A stretch of DNA of 64,000 nt from the NCBI RefSeq assembly GCF_009914755.1, contig NC_060931.1. The stretch is one strand, 5' to 3'. Origin of the DNA: the human T2T-CHM13v2.0 reference genome, Homo sapiens. This document shows, in pieces, positions 1 through 15,209 of the stretch. The notes beneath the pieces were generated by a model. The model ran no database searches. It was not told the DNA's origin and saw nothing but the letters and a program-made list of their open reading frames with translations. Position numbers and translations under genes: made by a program. Each line of letters opens with the position of its first letter. Within the stretch, counting starts at the first letter, position 1.

Positions 1-315
1 TTGGGACTATAATGATTTTACCTTTTAAAACTTAACCTAGTGGCACTGAGCTTCCTAGTAACAGAAAAATAGCAAGTTTCTTGGATAAACACATGATTGC
101 AGGTCAGAAGCAGATAATGTGTAAGATGAGCCTGGAACATCTCATCATTCCAAGAAGCAAAGACGGTATGCTATCAACTATCAACATGGCCTTGTCAAAA
201 AAACTCTTAGGCCAACTTGAAGAGGCTCCTGCTAGTTAAAGATGGGAAAATTTACAAATCCATAATAATAATAATAACTGCAATGGACTGAAATGCTTCA
301 AGTACATTTCAATCC
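1..315 (+). mobile_element. Old L1 (L1MC3/4-like) 3' region fragment
   Basis: gatgagcctggaacatct...gccaacttgaagaggctcc...aataactgcaatgga resembles recalled L1MC 3' consensus. Confidence 0.6.
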
Positions 316-943
316 GTAACTATTCAATGCTGAATTTGTATGAAACTTCCAAGTCAAAAATCTCTTTTAAGATTTTTAGTAAGAAACTTGAGCTTCATCG
401 GTGAACATAACATTTTCTACACCGGATTTTATTCTTGTGATGACTTCATTCAAGACTTTTAATGATAACCTCTTCAAATATTTGAAAGCCGCAATTGACA
501 AGAAAGCTTCTGCCAAAGTAGGAGGTCACAATTGCTGGGAAATTATTTATTGCTTTTTCCTTAGTTGAGAGCAACTTTTTTCTTGACATTAACTAGAATT
601 CAGATAATTAAGTCTCTTTAAATTATACTATAAGGGTACAGTGTTTCTTTAGGTCGACAGTTCTTCTTTTTATTTCTTTGACAAAAGTAATGAATGGTTT
701 TGTGATCGTGTAAATGGATTTGGAATCTGATCAAATGTTTTTAATATCAGGTATTTCAAAATAATGGGCATTTCTGTAGACCTACATGGATGCCGCTCTA
801 CCAGTCTTCATTATTTTTCTTTAGGGCATAAACACTGACTTCTTTAGGATTACAAAACTGATTACATCTCACAGTTTTTAACACCGTAACATAGTTGAAA
901 TTTTGCTTTGAATCCATACATTTTACACGTACACGTTAGTATA

Positions 944-1280
944 TGCCATGGTCTAAATATTAGTGTCCCTCCAAAATGTGTGTGAAAATTGTAACCCCCA
1001 GGAGATGGTGTTAGGAGATGGTGCCTTTGAGGGGATTAGATTGTGAGGGCTGGTTGGGATTAGCACCCTTATGAAAGAGACCTCTGAGAGCTAGCTAGTC
1101 CCTTCTGTCATATGAGATTACAGTTAGAAGGCACCATCTCTAAGAAAACAGGCCCTCACCAGACACTGAATCTGCCTCAGTCTTGGCCATCCCAGCTTGC
1201 AGAACTGTGAGAAATAAATGTTTGTTGTTTATGTGCTACACAGTCTATGATATTTTTGTTATAGCAGCCTGAACTAAGTT
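944..1280 (+). mobile_element. MLT1A-like MaLR solo LTR
   Basis: tgccatggtctaaat...ccctcaccagacactgaatctgcc...agaactgtgagaaataaatg...ttgttatagcagcc. Confidence 0.85.
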
Positions 1281-1479
1281 GGTATACTTTTCACAGGTTC
1301 TTGCAGCTGTCTATTGCATTCACTCAGGTGCCCAAAGACGTCATTTAAGAGGCCGTTTTTGATACCAATATCCTCTGCTTTAACCAATCTTCAAAGTGAG
1401 ACCCCTTCACCAAAAGTAATAACAATGATGATGATAACGATGCATTGTTCATAGATTCTTGCAAAACTCTTTGGACAGC

Positions 1480-2335
1480 CAATGCTTGTCAATTTGAAAT
1501 TGCAATAGGAAATTTAAACGTTTCTGCTTTTGAATAATATTGTTTGAAGATGCATGGATGACAGGTCAGATGACCAAAGACGAACTTCATCTAGAAGATC
1601 ATTAAATCGAACAAGCTTCGACTGCACACTGGGAGAACTGATGTTAGTAACAACACTTGATGTGTAGCGTGAGTCTGAATCTCTCAAAAGAAATTCTTGG
1701 GCTAGGCATGGTGGCTCATTACCTGTAATCCCAATACTTTGGGAGGATGAGGTGGGGGGATCAGTGGAAGCCAGGGGCTTGAGACCAGCTTGGGCCGCAT
1801 AGTGAGACCCATCTCTACAAAAAATGCAAAAAATTAGCTGATTGTGATGACTCATCTGTAATTGCAGCTACTCGGGAGGCTGAGTTGGGAGGATCGCCTG
1901 AGCCTGGGAGGTTGAGGTTGCTGCAGTGGGCCATGATTGAAACATTGCATCCCAGCTTGGGCGACAGTGCAAGACCACATCTCAAAAATAAAAATAAAAT
2001 AGCTTCTTTTGTCAAAAATGACATTCTGATTCCATATTTTTCACAAAGCAAAAAGCAAGTGGGACCATAGCATCTTGGATTTTATTAGACGTGCCATTCT
2101 GATAACATCACTTAATGAGGAATACAGCTTTATAGGCCATCTTTTACCTAGAGACCTTCTCTGCGAATACAACAATGGATTTCTTGATTCCCAGGCTCTT
2201 CAGATTGAATTTTGCTATAAAGTGTTTATACCTTTTTACCATCATTGGTATCCAAAACTTATAATTTTTTTCTCTATTATGTATTCCAAAGTGTTTGTGT
2301 AAGCTTTGACCATTTCATCCCCAGCAGTTTGTCTG
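1480..2335 (+). mobile_element. Degenerate hAT/Charlie transposase fragment interrupted by an AluJ
   Basis: 1507-1694 aligns by eye to the reverse complement of the Charlie relic at 2780-2967; extent beyond the Alu is inferred. Confidence 0.65.
1700..2000 (+). mobile_element. AluJ
   Basis: Two-arm Alu, diverged, A-rich tail. Confidence 0.9.
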
Positions 2336-2338
2336 GTA

Positions 2339-2722
2339 TATGGTAGATACTGTAGTGCTGCCACCCAGGTCGGTTCTTCAGGGTGACACAGCTGTCCCCA
2401 GTGCTGGCACATAGGCTGCCCAGCTCACAGCTGTGACCTTCACTGAGAACTGCCTGACCAAGGTGACACCCCTCCCATGGGTCATCCTGTGGCTAACGGC
2501 GCCACAGGAAAGCCCAGTCCCCTTTGAATCAGTTGAGGACAACTTAAGACCCCTCTATTCCAGAGCTCCCCAGAGGATCGACTGAGGCCTCAGCTACTGC
2601 CATCCTGTGGGACAGCTTCTCCTTCTGCCCTGTCCTGGCCTCCCCACTTCCTGGCAGATGTCTCTGTTGAGTTCCACTGAAACTTAAACTCCAAACTCTT
2701 CACGCCCAGAGTCTATGACCGG
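2339..2722 (+). mobile_element. LTR16C-like ERVL solo LTR
   Basis: ccaaggtgacacccctccc...ccagagctccccagaggatcgactgaggcctc...cttctccttctgccc match recalled LTR16 consensus. Confidence 0.7.
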
Positions 2723-2739
2723 GGCAAACAATTGAAGAC

Positions 2740-3370
2740 AGGGAATTTTTTTTTTTGTACCTTAAATAGTGTTCAAAGCATTTATTTTGAGGGATTCAAA
2801 CTCATGCCATACACCAAGTGCCGTTACTAACATCAGCACTTATCAATCTGCAGTGGAAGCTTGTTTGATGTAATAATCCTCTAGACTGGGTTTCTCTGGG
2901 TCATTTGACCTGTCATCCATGCATCTTCTAATGGTATTATTCGAAAGCGGTACTTTTCTTATTTCCTGTGCTTCACTGGTCCCAAACATGTTGCTGACAG
3001 TTTCTAATGCACCTTGGCAAAGTGAGTGATTCTGCAATTGCAGGAGGAATTTTGGCTTTGGCTGTTAAATGCAGGACATTGGAACTAGCATCTTGTATTC
3101 AGTCTGACACAGTTGTGGTCCACTCATCAATACTCCCACTTCTTATTGTGTAACTGCAGACAATTTTCCCAGTTCTGATCTTTTTCTGTATGAGATCAAT
3201 GCTTTAGGGAAAGGTGCTGGCATAATTTGCCTGATGTCATTGCATCTTCTGATTCCTTTTTCATTAAATACGACATTGAGACAGAAGAAGACAGGATTAT
3301 TGGAAAATGCAAATCTGAATTTGAGATCATTTTCATTATAATTTCCTGAGTAGCAACTTTTTTTACCACT
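2740..3370 (-). mobile_element. hAT/Charlie-type DNA transposon relic, transposase N-terminal region
   Basis: Minus-strand translation gives RNYNENDLKF, AMTSGKLCQHLSLKH (BED-finger-like) and IRKVPLSNNTIRRCMDD (Charlie/Buster PLSxxTxxRRI motif); frameshifted. Confidence 0.85.
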
Positions 3371-3411
3371 CTACTTGGTACACTTGATGACTTTCTTTAA
3401 TTAAAAAACGT

Positions 3412-3677
3412 AAGGACAAAAAACCAAACACCGCATGTTCTCACTCATAGGTGGGAATTGAACAATGAGAACACATGGACACAGGAAGGGGAACATCACA
3501 CACCGGGGCCTGTTGTGGGGTGGGGGGAGCGGGGAGGGATAGCATTAGGAGATATACCTAATGTTAAATGACGAGTTAATGGGTTCAGCACACCAACATG
3601 GCACATGTATACATATGTAACTAACCAGCACGTTGTGCACATGTACCGGAAAACTTAAAGTATAATAAAAAAAAAAG
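3412..3677 (+). mobile_element. 5'-truncated L1PA 3' end with poly(A)
   Basis: ttctcactcataggtgggaattgaacaatgagaacacatggacacaggaagggg...aaaacttaaagtataataaaaa. Confidence 0.95.
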
Positions 3678-4354
3678 TTTCTTATTATGATGGGAAAATA
3701 TCTCTCTATAAATATGCAACAGTATTAAAAATATCAACCTAAGTAATTTTACTAAATATATACATATTTAAATATAAAAGTATATAAAGTGGCCTGTAGG
3801 CCTTAATGGCTTCAAAAATTAACTTTTCAAGATATTTTGATTGCATACATCCTCAAGAATGTTTCAAAATAAATCAAGTTGAAAAATTCAAAAAGCAAAG
3901 CTTGCATTAACCAAAATGAGCAATATTGACATTCCTTTTTATTTGATTGGACAATTAAAGTTCTGAAAAACTCATGAATATAAATGTCAGTGATGTCATC
4001 TCTGATCCAAAATATTTTGAAAACTCAATTATTTGAAGATATAAAACCCTACAGTCCTCTTTACTGAGTTGATTTAATTATGGAACTTATTATAACATCT
4101 TTAAAAATCTGTAAAAACAGTAATTTATTTTGAGATTCCATCAGTAATCAGATCTTGCTAAATTTACATCATCACTAGCCAGAAACGAAGGGAAGGGGGT
4201 GGGGGAGAAGAAAATTTTAAAAATCATTTTTGTTTTAATAAGGAACACCTAATACCAGATAATAATTATAAACATAATCATACGTTTTACTTAGTCACAT
4301 AGGTAAAAATACTAGCAAATTAATTGAATAAGAAGCGCCCCCACATGCTGAGCA

Positions 4355-5464
4355 TGTTACTGAACCAAACTGGGTTTGTCTGTCCCTGCATGAGAGGAAG
4401 ACGCTGAAGCACTGGGTTTTTGCAGCAAAAAAGCTTTATTGAATGTCAAGTGGTGAGGAGCAGGAGGAAAGACTCAAATCTGTCTCACCACACTGGGGGC
4501 TGTACCGGGCTTTATAAGCATAGGGTAATGAGGCGTGTTCTGATTGGATCTTGCAGTGGGGTAACGCCAGAGCTGAATCTGATTGGATCCTGCTTCAGCT
4601 TTGCCATGTCCATTTCTTAATCCAGTCCCTGCTCCTCTGCCTGAGCACTTAGGTTCCCCCACCGTGGTTGCATGCTTGGTTCATCTGAGTGTGCTCAGAG
4701 TCTGTAGTCTTCAACCCGGGGGTCCGTGGCAACTGAAAAACAACTCACAACCTACTTACACACAAGTCGAACCACATTGTGAAGCGGCATTTTTGTCTAG
4801 GGTAATACCCAAAGTTTGTTGTCTCACGCTGACGAAATCAAGGACCCGGACACACAAGGAGTGAGGTTAAGAGTGGAGGTTTAATAGGCGAAAGAGAGAA
4901 GAGCTCTCTCCTGCAGAGGGGTCCGGAGTGGGTTTTTCCAGTCCGCCACAAAATGCAAAGGATTTTACAGATGAGCTGGAGGAGGCAATGTCTGATTTAC
5001 ATAGGGCATGAAAGATTGGTCAGACCAGGTGTGCCATTTGCATAAGGCACAAAAAACCAGGACTGGATGCGCCATTTGCATAGCCTCCAAAAATCTGGCC
5101 ACCCACACCCTAATCTTTTATTATGCGGATGGGTTATCTCCCCCGCTGGTGCCTTGTTGCCTGCATTTTTACTGTACACGTGGTGACAAAGAAAACGGAA
5201 GATGGAGCCTCCATGTTGAATGTGTCTGGCCCTCAGGTAGCCCTTTTCTGTTGGCACAGCTGCCGGCATTCACCTGTGCAAGTTTCTAGCTTGCTTATCT
5301 ATGTCTGCAGCTCAGTTTTTCAGGCTGCTCTTTGTTAGAAAAGAAATGATTTGGGAGCTGTTTTCTGTTAAAAGGGAAGCCTTGCCAAAGACTCTCTTAC
5401 CCTCACTATCTGCCTAAATAATTTCTTTCTAGCTCCTGTATCAATTGGTCCTGTGCCTGGTACA
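4355..5464 (-). mobile_element. LTR47-like solo LTR, split by a nested LTR
   Basis: TG...CA ends; reverse complement reads gtgagttgtttttcagttgccacggaccccc...gaacctaagtgctcag; repeated gatccaatcag. Confidence 0.7.
4780..5443 (-). mobile_element. MER50-like ERV1 solo LTR nested in the previous LTR
   Basis: TG...CA termini with exact 4-bp TSD ATTG (4776-4779, 5444-5447). Confidence 0.8.
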
Positions 5465-5654
5465 GACAAACAAATTCACAGATGAGAAACAACCTGCAAG
5501 TGAAATAAAACAGCTTGATAAGAGGGGTCCATGGGGGTGTCAGGGAAGTGCCGTGTGGCTCAGCCAACCTGTGCCTTTCTGCAGCAGATCCTCTCAAGAG
5601 AGTTACCGGGTTCAGAAAGTTTACAGGAACCACATGCATAGTTTTGTTTTACTT

Positions 5655-6130
5655 TTTTTTTTTTTTGGAGTACTTTCAGATTCATAGGACAGTTGAGTAG
5701 AAAGTTAAAAGAGTTTTGATATACTCTCTGCCCAACATGTACAAAGCCTCTCCCACTATCAGCATCCCCCACCAGAGTGGTACCTTTCTTATGAGCAGTG
5801 AACCTACCTTGATACATCACTACCCAAAATCCATAGTTTACGTGAGGGTTCACGCTTGGCACTGTGCATTCTGTGGGCTTTGAGAAGCATATGGTGACAT
5901 GTATCCCCCGTTATAGCCTACAGAAGAGTTTCCTTGCCCTCAAAACCCCCATGCTCCTCCTGTTCACCCCTCCTGACTGCCGACCCCCAGCAGCCACTGG
6001 TCCTTTTGCTGTCTCCATAGTTTGACCTTTTCCAAAATGTCATATGTAGTTGGAATCACACAACACATGGCTTTTCCAGAATGACATCTTTCACTGAGGA
6101 ATGTTTAATGCATGCGTGTCGTGAAAACAC
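5655..6130 (-). mobile_element. L1MB-like 3' fragment
   Basis: cccccaccagagtggtacc...aaatccatagtttacgtgagggttcacgcttgg. Confidence 0.7.
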
Positions 6131-6157
6131 AGCATATATATAGTGAAAACAGCATGA

Positions 6158-6475
<318 letters not shown>

Positions 6476-7450
6476 AACAGTTGCAAATGTTTGAATGGCT
6501 GTAAACGGTGGTTTATGGCTACAAAAACTAACAGATATCCCTGTCTCTGGGTCCCTGTGTAACCTATCCGAGGCACAGTGAGAGACCACTGCACTGTCCC
6601 ACCTCCTTCTTCCCCATCCACTCCCAGAAATCCTCTCTTCAGGTAGGAGAAACTGCTACTCTCTGATCCAGGTTTCACATATTTCCGTGGGATATAAAAC
6701 CCCTAGTGCCTGAAACTGCTCTTCTGGTTTCTCCTTTCACCTGTGATTATTCCCTGAGTGTCGGGGGCTTCAGGACAGAAGACTTTGTCATTGGCTGTGA
6801 GCATCAAGACAGTGTCCAATGGGTTTAGGCTGAGAGCCAGCTCAGCCAGGTGCCTGCGTGGGGGGAATTATCCAGTGAAAAGATATTTGTCTGCTCAGTG
6901 AAAACCAGAAAGGAGCATAACACCTGTCACGTTACCAGCCTGCCTCCAGGCCTGCCATTGGAGGCACAGCAAGGGTCTAATGCTAATCATCCGGGGAGGA
7001 AGTGTCCCTTGAGGCTTAGTCTGAGCAGCGGGAGGCCACGCTGCACACTTGAAACCCCTTTTGCCTTGACTTTTCTGCAGCATAGTTGGACTAAGCCCTT
7101 GTCGTTGGCTTAAGAAGGGGCAGGGTTATGTAACCCTCAATAATTAAGACCTTTCCAGCCATAACCACTCTTTTATTTTCAACACTGTCAAGAAGGATTT
7201 GCCGGCTGTAACTCTTTCTCGCTTGAGGGCATTTTTAATTCCATTGTCCACAAATTTCTGAGTCATTTCTGATGGCGGTAATCAGGACAAAGAGAAGCCG
7301 AAGACCTGGGAATAAAAGCAAGGTTGGCGATTTTTTGAATTAAACCTAGGGTATTGAGAGAAAGGAAACTGAGGCTTTAGAACCTCCCTTGTCCTGTGAC
7401 TGGGGAAGGAGAGTGTGTGCCCACAGGTCAGGCTCCGAATCTGACACCAG

Positions 7451-7860
7451 GGAGCCCAGGTAGAGTGAGTGTCACAGCCAGGGGCTCAGGTAGAGTGAGT
7501 GTCACAGCCAGAGACCCAGGTAGAGTGAGTATCATAGCCAGGAGCTCAAGTAGAGTGAGTGTCACAGCCAGGGGCCCAGGTAGAGTGAGTGTCACAGCCA
7601 GGGGCTCAGGTAGAGTGAGTGTCACAGCCAGGGGCCCAGGTAGAGTGAGTGTCACAGCCAGGGGCCCAGGTAGAGTGAGTCACAGCCGGGGGCCCAGGTA
7701 GAGTGAGTGTCACAGCCAGGGACCCAGGCAGAGTGAGTGTCACAGCCAGGGACTCAGGCAGAGTGAGTGTCACAGCCAGGGGCTCAGGTAGAGTGAGTGT
7801 CACAGCCAGGGCCTCAGGTAGAATGAGTGTCACAGCCAGGGGCTCAGGTAGAGTGAGTGT
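7451..7860. repeat. 30-bp minisatellite, about 13.7 units (GGGGCYCAGGTAGAGTGAGTGTCACAGCCA)
   Basis: Head-to-tail units at 30-bp period; unit 8 has a 2-bp deletion. Confidence 0.97.
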
Positions 7861-8389
7861 GAGAGCTCGTGATTTTAGGTAGCCCACATAATGAGAAGGG
7901 AGGGGAAAATGCCTTGTTAAATGGGTGAACTCAGGAATTTGTTTCTCTGTAAACATGGTGTGCCCCAGAGAGGCACTGCCTCCAGGATGCAGGACCAGAA
8001 CTTGACGTGAGGATTGTGCTGCAGCCACGCAAAGGTACAGACGTCCTCTTGAATCTGCAGGAAATGACTACTTATTTAAATTATGCAAATTTTTTTGTTG
8101 CATATGATCCTCATAGCCTTACTTTAGAGAATTTAACAACATTTGATATTTGGTATTCTGGCATTCCTGAGTCAGTAATTGGGCTTCGTGAAACCCCAGA
8201 GCTAAACCTACCGAGAATGAGATGCCGTCCTCAACCCCAGAGGTTGTGGGTTCTAAGAGAAAACGTCACAACAAATGTTGGTCTTTTCCCAATAGCTCCT
8301 GGCGTTTATTCTTTCTTTTCCCTTTTCTTCCTTTTTCTCCTTCCTCCTCTTGTGTTTTCTTTTCTTTCTTTCAGCAGAGATTGTTCTGG

Positions 8390-8810
8390 TCATCTATTGC
8401 TGCCTAACTGACTACCCCAAAACTTAGAGATTAAAAGCAACACCTGTTTATATGTCATGATTTTGCGGGTCAGGAGTTGGAGCAGGGCTTGGATATGTGA
8501 CCGTCTGTGCCTCTCATTCAGTTGGGAAGATGGCTTCGTGCACACGTTGGCGCCATGGCTAGGAAAGCGGAAAGGCTGGCTCCCTGGGCTGTCCACTGGG
8601 CAGCTGCCCCTGGCCTCGCCAGCCTGCAGCCTCAGGATCCCCACACTCCTACCGCTGCTCAGGGCTCCCGGAAGGCAGCAGAAGCTGCTAGTTTATTAGG
8701 ACCTGGATCATACTCTATTGGTCAAGCAGTCTCAGAGCCTACATTGAAGGGTTTCAGACATAGACACCACCTCTTCATGGGAAAAGTATCAAAGAATATG
8801 CAGCATTTTG
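8390..8810 (-). mobile_element. MLT1 (H/J-like) MaLR LTR remnant
   Basis: ctattgctgcctaac...ccccaaaacttag...gggtcaggagttggagcagggct. Confidence 0.65.
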
Positions 8811-8820
8811 CTTTGCTTTA

Positions 8821-11920
<3,100 letters not shown>

Positions 11921-13711
11921 AGTTCTTACCTTTGTTCCTCTGGATGCTGTGTGTCTGCGCTCCCAAAGCTTCTGTCCTCTCTTGTAGCTCACATTCAGCC
12001 TTCGGCCATTCATTGAGGATTTTGGGTGAATTTCAGAATTTCCATTGTCTCCTCCTCCCGCGCTCTGTGACGGGTGAGCAGGACCCATCCTGACTCCTTG
12101 GACAGGCCCATCTTTCCTTGTGTTTCCGACCACCTGGCTGGTATGCAACCTAAGCTGTCTTATGGGCTCAGGAAAAGTGATTGTTTTGTACTTTGTTCAA
12201 CTTTTCTTGTTCTTAGGTGGATGTGATGTTCTTTCCAATGCTCGGCATCCCAGGCACAGCAAGCCCTGTGTCCATTTTTAACCCACACATTTTACAGGAT
12301 GGCAAGTAGGGCAGTTTCCTGGTGACTTAGAGAGGGGGCCGAGGGGCATCACAGCCATGACCAGCAGTGGATGGGGACAGAGGGTCCTCCTGCATGCCTG
12401 GGAAGAGAAGACTTGAGGGGCTTGGCCAAGTTTATGTTTGTCTCATCTCTGCCTGAGACGGGCTTTTGGGGAAGGGAGCCGAGAAGAGTGTAGCGATTTT
12501 CACCAGGACCACATGGGATCCCGTGTGTTCCGGCCGAGAAGACCCTTGTTTTTCTTTCTCTGCGTGGATCCACAGGATCTTAGGCTTCTGTGCCTCACTT
12601 TAGAACAAGCACCTGAAGAACCAGGACCTTCCTTCCACCCAGTGGAAGCCTTGATGGTGCAGCCGGAGGCTTGGCTCCTCTCTGCAGGCCACTGGGGTTC
12701 CCATCCTGAAGAAGCTAGCCCTGCCCACTGCCCTTTCCGGAAGGCCTTCAGTTCCCCATTGCCTTATGTATGCGTCATCAGCCGTGCTGCTGGGCACGGT
12801 AGACAATCCCAGCGAGACCCGCGCACTGTCAGCACCCCGCTTCCCCCCACCCCTCGTCCAGCCGTGCTCCGTGTGCACCCATCCTCGCCAGGCTCCTTGG
12901 CAACATTTTGCCTTTTCCCATGGCTCTCCCAGCTGAGAGTGCCCTTCTCAAGAACTTACCCCTCACAGGCCACCCTTCCTCCCAAACACAGTCCAGATGA
13001 GGCCCTCCAGCCCTCCCAGGCCAGAGGCAGTCATCTGCCCTTCACGAGTTTGCTGCTCTGCAGAGCATCTGCCTCTTACAGTTACACGAGCATGTCCCCT
13101 AGAAAGGGCATGCCCTGAAGGCAGTCATTTGGCAGGTATATAATTGGGTTCAATAGCTGTTCTGTAAAAGAGAGAAACAAACTGTGGAAAATCCAAAAAT
13201 GATTGTCCCCGTTGACAGACAAAGAGAAATTTAACCTCCAACAGCATATATGGGACAAGGGTGATGATTTTGTTTGCTTGTTCCCCACCCCCCGCCTCAA
13301 TGTAATGAACAATTTAGCTTGAAACATAGTGGTATATATTGAGGGAGGATTTCTAGATGAAACCTTGCCTTGATCTCAAATATCTGTTCATTGAAAAAGA
13401 GATTAGAGAAAGCTTTGCTTGCCGTCCGTCTTGGAACCACAGGAAAGGCCCATCTGTGGAATGAGAGGATGGTCTGGTCCACCTTTCTGCCTATGCCTTA
13501 AAGAATTCTGCAAGAGAAAATGAAAAATAGCCCAATTCTCTTTCTTGGTAATGCCACTGTAAGCTTCCCAAAACATTCATCACACTTCCTCGGTCTCAGT
13601 GCAATAATTGCCTGTGAGCATGATGGCAGCTAAGGGTTTCCTTTCTGTCTCTCCACCCCATGGTCCCTCCTGCCATTTGTTCTGCTGTCATCAATGACTG
13701 CCCTGCCACAG

Positions 13712-13827
13712 TGCCCACCGCGCCCCCGCAGAACGTGCAGACGGAAGCCGTGAACTCCACCACCATTCAGTTCCTGTGGAACCCTCCGCCTCAGCAGTTT
13801 ATCAATGGCATCAACCAGGGATACAAG
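13712..13827 (+). CDS. SDK1: SDK1 internal exon A (116 bp, phase 1->0), N-terminal half of an FN3 domain
   Basis: ccacAG|TGCCCACC...TACAAG|GTacgt; encodes (V)[38 protein letters not shown], recognised as Sidekick-1 FN3; frame joins exon B. Confidence 0.96.
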
Positions 13828-15209
13828 GTACGTGGCCTGGGTTCAGGGCCTGTGGGCAGCTGTCATTGTCTGGAGCCACAGCGCGACGCAGCTGGAGGCA
13901 CCCCCTCTTGTGTATCAAGAGCTGGTTGCATTAAGATACAGGGCGTCTTGACCTTGGTGAGACCACCATTTATCCAAAGTCTTGGCATCAGCTCTGCAGG
14001 TTCAGAAATTCAAATTCCTAGTTATCAAGAGGATGGTTCATACATCAGTGAGCAATTTCTTATGAGAAAGGCCATTCATTTTTAAATGGTGGGTGGGAGA
14101 CGTGTCTCAGTGATTAGAATGAATATTTGCACAAACTACTTCTTCCCAGAAGGAGGTCCTCTCAGGAGAACACAGGCCCCGAGCAAAGGGAATGGTGTGA
14201 GTGATATTTCCATGGAGAAAGGATAGTTTTCTCTCCTCCCTTTCTACTTCAGGGAGAGTTCTGTTTAAAGAACTGAGACCAGTTGATTCCAGCTACCCGC
14301 CCATACTGAATTAGACACATAGACAAATTTCCATCATCCGACTTCTTGTGTCTTTAGCTACCAGAGTGTGTTAACTTCACTGATGTACCAGGATACACCA
14401 TCACAAAGCACAGCTGATCCTCCCTTTCAGATCAGCTTCTCCTGATTGGATTTGGGAGCGCACCTTGATTTTAGCTACAATAGGTCCACTAATCGTCTTT
14501 AATAGACGATGGACAGGGGAAGCTCTATACAGTGAAGGGATTCCATCTAGTTTCCTCAATACCTGGTAATTTCACATTCAGAGGGTGAGTTTCCTCAGAC
14601 ACAAGGTTCAGTTTTCTTTTCCCACAATTTGCATTCAACTTACTAAAACACTGATTTGTCTGCCAGAAAGGCAGAAGTAGCTGGAAATTTTCCCTGCCTT
14701 TCGTTTACCCTCAGAAGTATCCAAAGCCAGAAGCTTTTGTGAAAGAAAATCATATTGATCAAGCAAGATGCTTTTGCCTTCTTCCCTCTCCTGTCGAGTC
14801 TCGTTGGCAAGGCTGCAGTGTTCGTTTGATGACTTCGCTGTCAGTTTGATCTGTGTAAATACGCTTTGCGTCCTGCAGCATGTCAACTTTCAGACCCAAT
14901 TAGTCCTAGAAATGTTTGGTGCCAAAGGAATTAAAAGTCACACACCTACGTAATGCTGCCAAAACATGAACACGCTTTCCTTAGGTTGTGGATACAGTCT
15001 GTATTTCTTTAAAATTGTAAGCAGTCTCCTAAAATCCTTTTTGCGAAACTAGTGTGATATAAATTATAAATAATTAAGATTATTGCTGTTGAATCATGGA
15101 TGTCTTTTTTGAGACAGAGTAGGTGCTTTCTAGAAAAATATTTGTATTTGTTTCATTGTGCTGTTTCAGCTGAATTAACAGATGGTTTCATCTTTATTCT
15201 TTACTGTTA

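Noticed and set aside
315-940. Possible extension of the inverted duplication to 3680-4300
   Set aside because: Only short AT-rich matches seen by eye; not convincing without an alignment
2843-3037. Domesticated transposase gene (ZBED5/GTF2IRD2-like)
   Set aside because: Frameshifts and stops throughout; a fossil only
7451-7860. CRISPR-like 30-bp repeats (also 53695-54074 and 59915-60182)
   Set aside because: Units are contiguous with no unique spacers, there are no cas genes, and the context is a primate intron; these are minisatellites
12438-13118. 226-aa ORF
   Set aside because: Non-ATG start, no domain similarity recognised, GC-rich intron; likely chance
13660-14085. 141-aa ORF as a stand-alone gene
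   Set aside because: Only 13712-13827 is FN3-like and splice-bounded; flanks are intron read-through. The same applies to ORFs around exons B, D and E
14484-14514. Small bulged hairpin (ATCGTCT/AGACGAT) as ncRNA
   Set aside because: Too short for a pre-miRNA, no other support; expected by chance or from a DNA transposon remnant
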